DNA of 64,000 nucleotides from assembly GCF_963921235.1 (NCBI RefSeq), contig NC_086097.1:26972001-27036000 (forward strand), written 5' to 3'. The position numbers and the translations under genes are program-made. The stretch's first letter is position 1. Each line of letters opens with the position of its first letter. This document shows positions 36,985 through 48,768 of the stretch, in pieces. Origin of the DNA: Mobula hypostoma (lineage: Eukaryota). The notes under the pieces are model-generated. The model had not been told where the DNA came from, ran no database searches, and saw nothing but the letters and a program-made list of their open reading frames with translations.

Positions 36985-39900
36985 GGCTGCATCTCTGGCA
37001 CCGAGACGGGACCCTCAGCTCAGGAGGGAAGGAGGGAAAAGAGGAGAGCAGTAGTGACAGGGGATTCGATAGTAAGGAGGACAGATAAGAGATTCTGTGG
37101 AAGAGATCGAGAATCCCGGATAGTCTGTTGCCTCCCTGGTGCCAAGGTCCGCGATATCTCGGATCGAGCTCTCAGTATTCTCAAGAGGGAGGGTGAGCAG
37201 CCGGATGTCATAGTCCATGTAGTGACCAATGACGTGGGTAGGAAGAGTGAGGATGTCCTGAAAGGTGAGTTTAGAGAGTTAGGCGCCAAGTTAAAGGACA
37301 GGACCTCCAGGATAGCAATCTCAGGATTGCTACCAGTGCCACGTGCAGGCGGGTTTAGAAATAGTAAGATAAAGCAGATCAACACGTGGCTGAAGATATG
37401 GTGCAGGAGAGAGGGCTTCAGATTTATAGATAATTGGGCAGTTTTCCAGGGAAGGTGGGAACTGTTCTGGTGGGACGGTTTACATCTGAACTGGAGGGGG
37501 ACAAATATTCTTGCAGGTAGGTTTGCTAGAGAGGCTCCAGTGGATTTAAACTAGATAGGAGGGGGGGAGGGGAACCAGAGTGTAGGAACAGATGTAGGGG
37601 AGAAGGAAGAAAAAGAAAATAGTAAAGTTGTTTGCACCGTTAGTGATAAACAGAGAGTAAGAGGTGGAAAATTTCTTAAGTGCATTTATTTTAATGCTAG
37701 GAGCATTATAAGAAAGGTGGATGAGGTTAGAGCATGGATTGATACCTGGAAGTATGAAGTTGTAGCTATTAGTGAAACATGGTTGCAGGAGGGGTGTGAT
37801 TGGCAACTAAATATTCCTGGATTTAATTGCTTCAGGTGTGATAGAATCGGAGGGACAAGAGGGGAAGGTGTTGCATTGCTTGTCAAAGAAAATAATACAG
37901 CGGTGCTCTGGCAGGATAGATTAGAGGGCTCGTCTAGGGAGGCTATTTGGGTGGAATTGAGGAATGGGAAAAGTGTAATAACACTTATTGGGGTGTATTA
38001 TAGACCACCTAATGGGGAGCGAGAAGTGGAGGAACAAATTTGTAAGGAGATAGCAGATATTTGTAGTAAGCACAAGGTTGTGATTGTGGGAGATTTTAAT
38101 TTTCCACACATAGACTGGGAAGCCCATACTGTAAAAGGGCTGGATAGTTTGGAGTTTGTAAAATGTGTGCAGGATAGTTTTTTGCAGCAATACATAGAGG
38201 TACCAACTAGAGAAGGGGTAGTGTTGGATCTCCTGTTAGGGAATGAGATAGGTCAGGTGACGGAGGTATGTGTTGGGGAGCACTTCAGGTCCAGTGATCA
38301 CAATGTCATCAGTTTCAATATAATTATGGAGAAGGATAGGACTGAACTCAGGGTTGAGATTCTTGATTGGAGGAAGGCTAACTTTGAGGAGATGTGAAAG
38401 GATTTAGAAGGAGTGGATAGGGACAAATTGTTTTATAAGGATGTAATAAAGAAATGGAGGTCATTTAAAGGTGAAATTTTGAGAGTACATAATCTTTATG
38501 TTCCTGTTAGGTTGAAAGGAAAGGTTGAAAGTTTGAGAAAGTCATGGTTTTCAAGGGATATTGGAAACTTGGTTTGGGAAAAGAGAGATACCTAAATAAA
38601 TATAGGCAGCATGGAGTAAATGAGGTGCTCGAGGAATATAAAGAATGTAAAAAGAATCTCAAGAAAGAAATTAGAAAAGCTAAAAGAAGATACAAGGTTG
38701 CTTTGGCAAGTAAGGTGAAAATAAATCCAAAGGGCTTCTACAGTTATATTAATAGTAAAGGGATAGTGAGGGATAAAATTGATCCCTGAGAGGATCAGAG
38801 TGGACAGCTATGTGTGGAACCAAAAGAGATGGGGGAGATTTTGAACAATTTCTTTTCTTCAGTATTCACTAAGGAGAAGGATATTGAATTGTGTAAGGTA
38901 AGGGAAACAGGTAGGGAAGTTATGGAAACTATAATTAAAAAAGAGGAAGTACTGATGCTTTTAAAACTGGATAAGTCTCTGGGTCCTGACAGGATATTCC
39001 CTAGGACCTTGAGGGAAATTAGTGTAGAAATAGCAAGGGCTCTGACAGAAATATTTCAAATGTCATTAGAAACGGGAATGGTGCCAGAGGATTGGCGTAT
39101 TGCTCATGTTGTTCCATTGTTTAAAAAGGGTTCTAAGACTAAACCTAGCAATTATCAGCCTGTGAGTTTGACGTCAGTTGTGGGTTAATTGATGGAAAGT
39201 ATTCTTAGAGATGTATAATCATCTGGATAGATAGGGTTTGATTAGGAAGTCAACATGGATTTGTGCATGGAAGGTCATGTTTGTCAAATCTATTGAATTT
39301 TTTGAAGAGGTTACTAGGAAAGTTGACGAGGGTAAAGCGATGGATGTTGTCTATATGGACTTCAGTAAGGCCTTTGACAAGGTTCCACACGGAAGGTTAG
39401 TTAGGAAGGTTCAATTGTTAGGTATTAATATTGAGGTAGTAAAATGAATTCAGCAGTGGCTGGATGGGAGACGCCAGAGAGTGGTGGTGGATAACTGTTT
39501 GTCAGATTGGAGGCCGGTGACTAGTGGTGTGCCTTAGGGATCTGTACTGGGTCCAATATTGTTTGTCATATACATTAATGATCTGGATGATGGGGTGGTA
39601 AACTGGATTAGTAAGTATGCAGATGATACTAAGATAGGTGGTGTTGTGGATAATGAAGTAGGTTTTCAAAGCTTGCAGAGAGATTTAGGCCAGTTAGAAG
39701 AGTGGGCTGAAAGATGGCAAATGGAGTTTAATGCTGGTAAATGTGAGGTGCTACATTTTGGTAGGACTAATCAGAATAGGACATACATGGTAAATGGTAG
39801 GGCATTAAAGAATGCAGTAGAACAGCGGGATCTAGGAATAATGGTGCATAGTTCCCTGAAGGTGGAAGCTCATGTGGATAGGATGGTGAAGAAAGCTTTT

Positions 39901-40484
39901 GGTATGCTGGCCTTTATAAGTCAGAGCATTGAGTATAGGAGTTGGGATGTAATATTAAAATTGAACAAGGCATTGGTGAGGCCAAATTTGGAGTATTGTG
40001 TATGGTTCTGGTCACCGAATTATAGGAAAGATGCCAACAATATAGAGAGAGTACAGAGAAGATTTACTCGAACGTTACCTGGATTTCAGCACCTAAGTTA
40101 CAGAGAAAGGTTGAACAAAATGCGTCCTTATTCTTTGAAGCGTAGAAGGTTGAGGGGGGACTTGATAGAGGTATTTAAAATTATGAGAGGGATAGATAGA
40201 GTTGACGTGGATAGGCTTTTTCCATTGAGAGTAGGGGAGATTCAAACAAGAGGACATGAGTTGAGAGTTAGGGGGCAAAAATTTAGGGGTAACATGAGGG
40301 GGAACCTCTTTACTCAGAGAGTGGTAGCTGTGTGGAACGAGCTTCCAGCAGAAGTGGTAGAGGCAGGTTCGATATTGTCATTTAAAGTAAAATTGGATTG
40401 CTATATGGACAGGAAAAGAATGGAGGGTTATGGGCTGAGATGGCCTGTTTCCATGCTGTAATTGTTATATGGTTATATGGTTAT
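36985..40484 (+). mobile_element. Near full-length CR1 LINE (ORF1 SGNH/GDSL esterase region plus ORF2 endonuclease-RT), multiple stops and frameshifts
   Basis: ORF1: GDSIVR...CLPGAKVRD...DGLHLN. ORF2: SETWL, YYRPPN, VGDFNFPHIDW, SDHN, DFSKAFDKVPH, YADDTK. Tail (GGTTATAT)n. Confidence 0.95.
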
Positions 40485-42212
40485 AGTAGATCTGATTCTG
40501 AGATAAGATTATGAGAAGCCTAGACTGAGTAGACAGCTGGTACCTTTGTCCCAGGGTCATGATATTTAATACTAGAGGGCATGCATTGAAGGTGAGAATG
40601 GGTAAGTTCAAAGGAGATATGCAGGGCAAGTTTTTTTACACAGAGAGCACTGGGTGCCTTGAACATGCTGTCAGGGGTGGTGGTGGAAGCAGATATGATG
40701 GAGGTGTTTAAGAGCATCTTAGATGGGGACACGTATGTGCAGGGAACGAGGAATATGGACCCTGTGTATGCAGAAGTGATTTGTGTAGTTAGGTATCATT
40801 ATGAACACAACATTGTGAGCCAAAGAGCTCGTCCTGGCCTGTACAGCTCTACATTCAATTTTTATTTTAATTTAGAGATACAGCATGGTGACGGGCCCTT
40901 ACGACCCAACGCGCCCGTGCTGCCCATGTTGCCCATCTGATCAATTAGCCTGCTATCCCATGAGTCTTTGGAACGTGGGAGGAAACCGGAGCACTGGGCG
41001 GAAACCCATGCAGTCAGGGGAGAACGGACAAACTCCTTCTAGGCAGCGGTGGGAGCTGAACGGCAATCCACGATCACTGTAATGTGATGTACTAACCACT
41101 ACTCTACCAATCTGAATCTGAATCAGGTTTAGTATCACTGGCATATGTCATGAAATTTGTTAAAAAAAAGTAGTGAGGTAGTGTTCATAGGTTCAATGTC
41201 CATTTAGGAATCAGATGGCAGAGGGGAAGAAGCTGTTCCTGAATCACTGAGTGTGTGGCTTCAGGCTCCTGTACCTCCTCCCTGATGGTAGCTGTGAGAA
41301 GAGGGCATGCCCTGGGTGATGGGGTCATTAATGTTGGGTGCTGCCTTTTTGAGGCATTGCTCCTTGAAGATGTCCTGGATGCTGGATGCTGGGGAGGCCA
41401 GAGCCCATGATCTACCTGATCGTAGCTTTTTTTCTCATCTTATTGCTTACCTGTGCTGCACTTTCTCCATAACTGTATCACTATATTCTTCATTCTGTTG
41501 TGCTTTCCTCTTACACTAGCTCAAGTGCTAATGTTTTGAAAAGATCTCTGTGGATGCCTTGCAAAGCTAAGTTCCTCACAGTATCTCAGAACATATGATT
41601 GAGGGCATAGTCTACAGTGAGGAATGTTATCAAAACTTGCAACAGGGTCTGAGAAAACCAGCTGAGAAAAAAAGGTTGAAAAATGGCAAATGGAATTTAA
41701 TACAGACACATTAGGAGTTGCACCTTGGGGGGACAAACCAGGATGGGACTTACACAATAAAGGGGGTACAGTGGGGTACAACAGAGGGCTCTGGGAATAC
41801 AGATCCATAATTTCTTGAAAGTGCTCTCACAGGTAAATAGGGTTGTAAAGAGAGCTTATGGCACATTGGGCTTCATAAATCAGAGCACTTAGTACAGGAT
41901 TTGAATGTTATGAAGTTGTATAACACATTGGTGAGGCCAAATTTGGAGTACAGTGTGCAGTTCTGGTCACCCACCAACAGGAAAGATATCAATAAGATTG
42001 GAACAGTATGGAGAAAATGTACAAGGATGTTGCTGGGACTTGAGGACCTGAGCTATAGGGAAAGGTTGAACAGGTTTGGGCTTGATTCTCCCTGAAGCAC
42101 AGGAGAATGAAGCAAGATTTGATGGAGATATACAAAATTTATAGGTGACGGGATGGAGATACGTCTCCACCAAAGGGAGTGTAGGTCACTCCTTTCCTCT
42201 GTTAGACTGCAG

Positions 42213-45200
42213 ATAATAATATGATCAGTTTTAATCTACAACTTGAGAGGGAGAAGGGAAAATTGGAAGTGTCAGCATTACAGCTGAACAAAGGGGACTA
42301 TGGACCCATGAGGGAGGAGCTGGCCAAAGTTGACAGGAAAGATACCCTAGCAGGGATGACAGTGGAACAACAATGGCAGGTATTTCTGGGAATAATACAG
42401 AAGGTGTAGGATCAGTTCATTCCAAAGAGGAAGAAAGATTCTAAGGGGAGTAAGGGGCGACCGTGGATGACAAGGGAAGTCAAGGACAGTATAAAAATAA
42501 AACAGAGGAAGTATAACACGGTAGGCTTATTCAGAAAGTTAGAAGGCATGGGATCCAGGGAAGTTTGGCCAGGTGGATTCAGAATTGGCTTGCCTGCAGA
42601 AGGCAGAGGGTGGTGGTGGAGGGAGTACATTCAGATTGGAGGATTGTGATTAGTGGTGTCCCACAAGGATCTGTTCTGGGACCTCTACTTTTCGTGATTT
42701 TTTTTAACGACCTGGATGTCGGGGTAGAAGGGTGGGTTGGCAAGTTTGCAGACGATACAAAGGTTGGTGGTGTTGTAGATAGTGTAGAGGATTGTCAAAG
42801 ATTGCAGAGAGACATTGATAGGATGCAGGAGTGGGCTGAGAAGTGGCAGATGGAGTTCAACCTGGAGAAGTGTGAGGTGGTACACTTTGGAAGGACAAAC
42901 TCCAAGGCAGAGTACAAAGTAAATGGCAGGATACTTGGTAGTGCGGAGGAGCAGAGGGATCTCGGGGTACATGTCCACAGATCCCTGAAAGTTGCCTCAC
43001 AGGTGGATAGGGTAGTTAAGAAAGCTTATGGGGTGTTAGCTTTCATAAGCAAGGGATAGAGTTTAAGAGTCGCGATGTAATGATGCAGCTCTATAAAACT
43101 CTGGTTAGGCCACACTTGGAGTATTGTGTCCAGTTCTGGTCACCTCACTATAGGAAGGATGTGGAAGCATTGGAAAGGGTACAGAGGAGATTTACCAGGA
43201 TGCTGCCTGGTTTAGAAAGTATGCATTATGATCAGAGATTAAGGGAGCTAGGGCTTTACTCTTTGAAGAGAAGGAGGATGAGAGGAGACATGATAGAGGT
43301 GTACAAGATAATAAGAGGAATAGATAGAGTGGATAGCCAGTGCCTCTTCCCCAGGGCACCACTGCTCAATACAAGAGAACATGGCTTTAAGGTAAGGGGT
43401 GGGAAGTTCAAGGGGAATATTAGAGGAAGGTTTTTTACTCAGGGAGTGGTTGGTGTGTGGATTGCACTGCCTGAGTCAGTGGTGGAGGCAGATACACTAA
43501 TGAAGTTTAAGAGACTACTAGACAGGTATATGGAGGAATTTAAGGTGGGGGCTTATATGGGAGGCAGGGTTTGAGGGTCAGCACAACATTGTGGGCCGAA
43601 GGGCCTGTACTGTGCTGTACTATTCTATGTTCTATGTTCTATAACATAGCAAGGATGAGCAGGAAGCCAGAGGATTGGGAGACTTTTAAGGAGCAACAGA
43701 AGATAACTAAAAAGGCAATACGGGGGCGGGGGGGGGGGGGAGATGAGGTACGAAGACAAGCTAGCCAAGAATATAAAGGAGGATAGTAAAAGCATCTTTA
43801 GGTATGTGAAGAGGAAAAACTTAGTTAAGATCAAAGTTGGGCCCTTGAAGACAGAAACGGGTGAAATTATTATGGGGAACAAAGAAATGGCAGACGAGTT
43901 GAACAGGTACTTTGGATCTGTCTTCACTAGGGAAGACATAAACAATCTCCCAGATGTAATAGTGGCCAGAAGACCTAGGGTAACAGAGGAACTGAAGGAA
44001 ATTTGCATTAGGCAGAAAATGGTGTTGGGTAAACTGATGGGACTGAAGGCTGATAAATCCCCAGGGCCTGATGGTCTGCATCCCAGGATACTTAAGGAGG
44101 TGGCTTTAGAAATTGTGGATGCATTGGTAATCATTTTCCAATGTTCTATAGATTCAGGGTCAGTTCCTGTGGATTGGAGGGTAGCTAATGTCACCCCACT
44201 TTTTAAGAAAGGAGGGAGAGAGAAAACAGGCAATTATAGACCAGTTAGTCTGATATCAGTGGTGGGGAAGATGCTGAAGTCAATTATAAAAGATGAAATA
44301 GCGGCATATTTGTATAGCAGTAGCAGGATAGGTCCGAGTCAGCATGGATTTACGAAGGGGAAATCATGCTTGACTAATCTTCTGGAATTTTTTGAGGATG
44401 TAACTATGAAAATGGACATGGGAAAGCCAGTGGATGTAGTGTACCTGGACTTTCAGAAAGCCTTTGATAAGGTCCCACATAGGAGGTTAGTGGGCAAAAT
44501 TAGAGCGCACGGTATTGGGGGTAGGGTACTGACATGGATAGAAAATTGGTTGGCAGACAGAAAACAAGGAGTAGCGATTAACGGGTCCTTTTCAGAATGG
44601 CAGGCAGTGACTAGTGGGGTACCGCAAGGCTCGGTGCTGGGACAGCAGCTATTTACAATATACATTCATGATTTAGATGAAGGGATTAAAAGTAAGATTA
44701 GCAAATTTGCAGTTGACACAAAGCTGGGTGACAGTGTGAAATGTGAGGAGGATGTTATGAGAATGCAGGGTGACTTGGACAGGCTGGGTGAGTGGGCAGA
44801 TGCATGGCAGATACAGTTTAATGTGGATAAATGTGAGGTTATCCACCTTGGTGGCAAGAACAGGAAAGCAGATTACCATCTGAATGGTGTCAAGTTAGGA
44901 AAAGGGGAAGTACAACGAGATCTGGGTGTCCTTGTTCATCAGTCACTGAAAGTAAGCATACAAGTACAGCAGACAGTGAAGAAAGCTAATGGCATGTTGG
45001 CCTTCATAAGAAGGGGAGTTGAGTATAGGAGCAAAGAGGTCCTTCTGCATTTGTACAAGGCCCTGGTGAGACTCCACCCGGAGTATTATGTGCAGTTTTG
45101 GTCTCCAAATTTGAGGAAGGACATTCTTGCTACGGAGGGAGTGCAGCGTAGGTTCACTGGGTTAATTCCAGGGATGGTGGGAATGTCATATGTTGAAAGA

Positions 45201-45637
45201 TTGGAGCGACTGGGCTTGCATACACTGGAATTTAGTAAGATAAGAGGGGATCTTATTGAAACATATAAAATTATTAAGGGATTGGACATGCTAGAGGCAG
45301 AAAACATGTTCCCGATGTTGGGGGAGTCCAGAACTAGAGGCCACAGTTTAAGAATAAGGGGTAGACCATTTAGAACGGAGTTGAGGAAAAACTTTTTCAC
45401 ACAGAGGGTTGTGGATCTGTGGAATGCTCTGCCTCAGAAGGCAGTGGAGGCCGATTCTCTGGATTCTTTCAAGAAATAGTTAGGTAAAGCTCTTAAAGAT
45501 AGTGGAGTGAAGGGATATGGGGAGAAGGCAGGAACAGGGTACTGATTGTGGATGACCAGTTATGATCACAGTGAATGGCGGTGCTGGCTTGAAGGGCCAA
45601 ATGGCCTACTCCTGCACCTATCGTCTATTGTCTATTG
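42213..45637 (+). mobile_element. 5'-truncated CR1 with a long RT ORF (43743-45479), itself interrupted
   Basis: Motifs KSPGPDGLHPR, NYRPVSL, QHGF, DFQKAFDKVPH and SGVPQGSVLG. The catalytic motif reads FAVD. Tail (TATTGTC)n. Confidence 0.92.
42519..43639 (+). mobile_element. Younger 5'-truncated CR1 of another subfamily (innermost insertion)
   Basis: Motifs SGVPQGSVLGP and FADDTK. Tail (TTCTATG)n. TATAACA is duplicated at 42512-42518 and 43640-43646. Confidence 0.9.
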
Positions 45638-48164
45638 TCACCCTGGGGCAAGGTGTAGCACCTGCTTAGCCTCTCCATCCACCCCAATCAGGGTCAGGTG
45701 AAACCACAGGAGCAGCCGGTGCATGTCAAAAGTTCCGGTTATGCGACCACTGACACCAGGCAGACAATCTCTGAAGAGTATTGGTAATGGCTAGGGTCAC
45801 CCGTCTTATAAAGACACTGCCCAGAAGAAGGCAATGGCAAACCACTTCTGTAGAAAAACTTGCCAAGAACAATTATAGTCATAGACCGTGATTGCCCGTG
45901 CCATATGACATGGCACATAATGATGATGATGATACAAAATATGAGGAACATAGGTAAACGCAGGCAAGCTTTCCCCATTGAAGTTTGGTGAGATTAGAAC
46001 TAGGGGTCATAGGTCAAAGGTGAAGGGTGAAATGTTTGAGGGGATTCTGAGGAGGAACTTCTTCACCCAGAGGGTGGTGCAAGTGTGGAATAAGATGCCA
46101 GCAGAAGTGGTGAATGCAGGTTCGATTTCAACAGTTAAGAGAAGTTTGGATAAGTGCATGGACTCCAGAGGTATGGAGGGCAATGGTCCAGGTGTGGGTC
46201 AGTGGGGTTAGGCAGAATGACAGTTCAGAATGGACCAGATGTGCTGAAGTGTCTGTATCTTTGCTGTAGTGCTCTGACTCATCTCAACACTGAGCTGACT
46301 CCACAGTCACATTCAAACACTCTATAACTCATCTTCTCAGTATGATTTGTCTATTTATTTATTCATTCATTTCTTTTTTTCTTTCTTTCTTTACCTATTT
46401 ATATTTATTTATTGTTATTATTTTTTTTTGTATTTGTGCTTCTTGTCTTCTTTTGCACATTGGTTGTTCATCAGTCTCTGTGTGCAGATTTTCATTTATT
46501 CCATTGCATTTCTTTGTTCTACAGTGAATGCCTGCAAGAAAATGAATCTCAAGCTAGTATGTGGTGGTATGGGTGGGAGGAGAAGATGGCAGCAAGTTAT
46601 GGTATTGCTGCACTGTTGTAACTATATGTTATAATTATGTGGTTTTGTTAGTTTTTCAGTCTTGGTCCGTCCTGTGTTTTTGTGATATCACACCGGAGGA
46701 ATATTGTATCATTTCTTAATGCATGCATTACTAAATGACAATAAAAGAGGACTACGTGTCCTCATAATCTAATCTAATATACATACTTTGATAATAAACT
46801 TACTTTGAACTTTGAACTCTATCTAGGCCTTTCAATAATCGATTGGTTTCAATGAGATTCCCTCTCATTTTCCTAAACTCTAGTGAGTATAAGCCCAGAG
46901 CCATCAAACAGTTATTGCTGCTTACTCAAGCGCAGCGAGGAATGGGCTGTAGGAACTGAGCAGATGAAGTCATCCACCGTGATTAGAAAAGTAATTGTTT
47001 TGCGGTTGCATCCCTGTTGCTAGGATACAGCCACCTTAATGCTCAGATGAGTGTAAGCATCTATGATTCAAAGAATCAAGGTAGAAATGATGCACAGCTC
47101 AGCTGGCAGAATACCTGGTGTCCTCAGAAGCGAAGTCAATGAGAATTTATTGATGCAGGTGGTTCTGGGTTTGTTTGAGTGCAATTTACTGACTTTCTGG
47201 CATCTGCCAGCTCCAGCTCATCAATGGGGGCATGGCCAGAGGCAGTAGGCCGTGTAGAGCCAGTGGGCTTCGTCAACAGGATCTCACCTAGCCTTTGCCA
47301 GAAGACCAGAGGAGCATTCAGTTAGATAATTACTGTCTGTTACCTTGCTGTATCATTGAATAAAAAATTTGAGGTTCGATCCATTCTGAAAATCATAAAA
47401 CCTTCTGGTTGGATAGCTGCATCCAGCGTGTTCATTGTTAACCGAGTCTCAATACACAATTGAGGTCTACCTCATCTGTGTTATTTGCAGCTCTTGACTA
47501 TTGAAGGCCAACACACCACATCCCTCCTTTACCACCCAATCAACTTGTGCAGCGAGCTTGAGGGATGTATGGATCTGGACCCCAAGGTTCCTCTGTTGCC
47601 GCACACTGCCAAGAATCTTGCCGTTAACCCTGTACTCTGCCTTCAAGTTTGACCCATCAAAGGGACGTGCAGAGCTGTGTCTATGACTCTCTATATTTCT
47701 TATGGTCACACGCAGAGCAGTTGCTGGTCCTGGTTTTCTATTCGTTTTCTTCTTTACCCCTTCAGTTGCTGAAGGGCTCTAGCTTTAATCATCCCCCCCA
47801 CCTCCTCTTCATATGTTTATTCGTTCACAGTGCCAACATCAGTGCGGGGGGGGGGGTGCGGTGATTTGGCCTGGAGTCACATATAAACCACAAAGGGCAA
47901 GGACAGCAGATTTCCTCCACCTTCCCCCACCCCCAAGAAACAACAGCAATCTGCACTCAGCGGCCACTTTATCAGCCGTCTCCTGTATCTAACAAAGTGG
48001 CCACAGAGTGTATGTTCCTGGTCTTCTCCTGCTGTAACCCATTCACTTCAGGGTTCGATGTGTTGTGTATCCAGAGATATGTCCCTGCACACTACTGTTA
48101 ATGTTTGTCAGGGAATGCTGAGGAGGATTGACCCAAATGCAGAGCAGCGGAGATTATTTAACAG

Positions 48165-48768
48165 CAGGCAATCACTTTTGTTGTCATTTAGTAATGCATG
48201 CATTAAGAAATGATACAATATTTCCGTCGGTGTGATATCACAAAACACAGGACAGACCAAGACTGAAAAAACTGACAAAACCACATAATTATAACATATA
48301 GTTACACAGTGCAACAATACCATAACTTGATGAAGAAGTCCGTGAGCACAGTAAAGTTCAAGGTTTCTCAAATGTCCCACATCTCACGCAGACGGGAGAA
48401 GGAAGAAAAACTCTCCCTGCCATGCTGACCACGGTCTGACTCTGAGACATCCGAAAACTTTGAGCTCTGATCAGCTCTCCGACACCGAGTACTGAGCGCC
48501 ATCTCTGTCCAAGTGATTTGAACTCCTTCTCAGTCGCCAAAAGCAGGCAAGGCCGGGGATTTTGAGGCCTACCCTCCGAAAGATTCCTGACCACACAGTA
48601 ACGACAGCAGCAAATGGGCGTTTCAGAAATTTCTCCAGATGTTCCTCTGTGCTTTCACGTCCTTCTCCATCAAGTCAGAATTCTCCACAGCCCCTATTTA
48701 ACAGATACGATATCACTTTTCACCGGAGGGCTGCGCACACGCAGGCATGCCGCCATCTTCTCCTCCTG
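48165..48768 (-). mobile_element. Non-autonomous LINE-related element inserted in the left LTR; shorter relative at 46576-46778 (+)
   Basis: Both begin GGAGGAGAAGATGGC and share the 3' ~155 bp (CAAGTTATGGTATTG...TAAATGACAA). Confidence 0.65.

Larger units (their letters stand above)
42145..45931 (+). mobile_element. RTE-related SINE-like element with (GAT)n tail; own sequence at about 42145-42212 and 45637-45931
   Basis: The two halves join colinearly (CTGCAG|GTCACCC) against the uninterrupted minus-strand copy at about 59245-59582. Contains AGAAGGCAATGGCAAACCAC. Confidence 0.75.
41640..46275 (+). mobile_element. Old CR1 3' fragment (outer host of a four-level nest); own sequence at about 41640-42143 and 45932-46275
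   Basis: LVRPNLEYSVQFWSP on the left continues as EIRTRGH...NFFTQRVVQVWN on the right. ATACAAAAT is duplicated at 42130-42138 and 45932-45940. Confidence 0.8.

Noticed and set aside
43743..45479. Active reverse transcriptase (578-aa ORF)
   Set aside because: The catalytic motif reads FAVD instead of FADD. The element is 5'-truncated, lacks most of the endonuclease, and is interrupted by another CR1 and a poly-G run.
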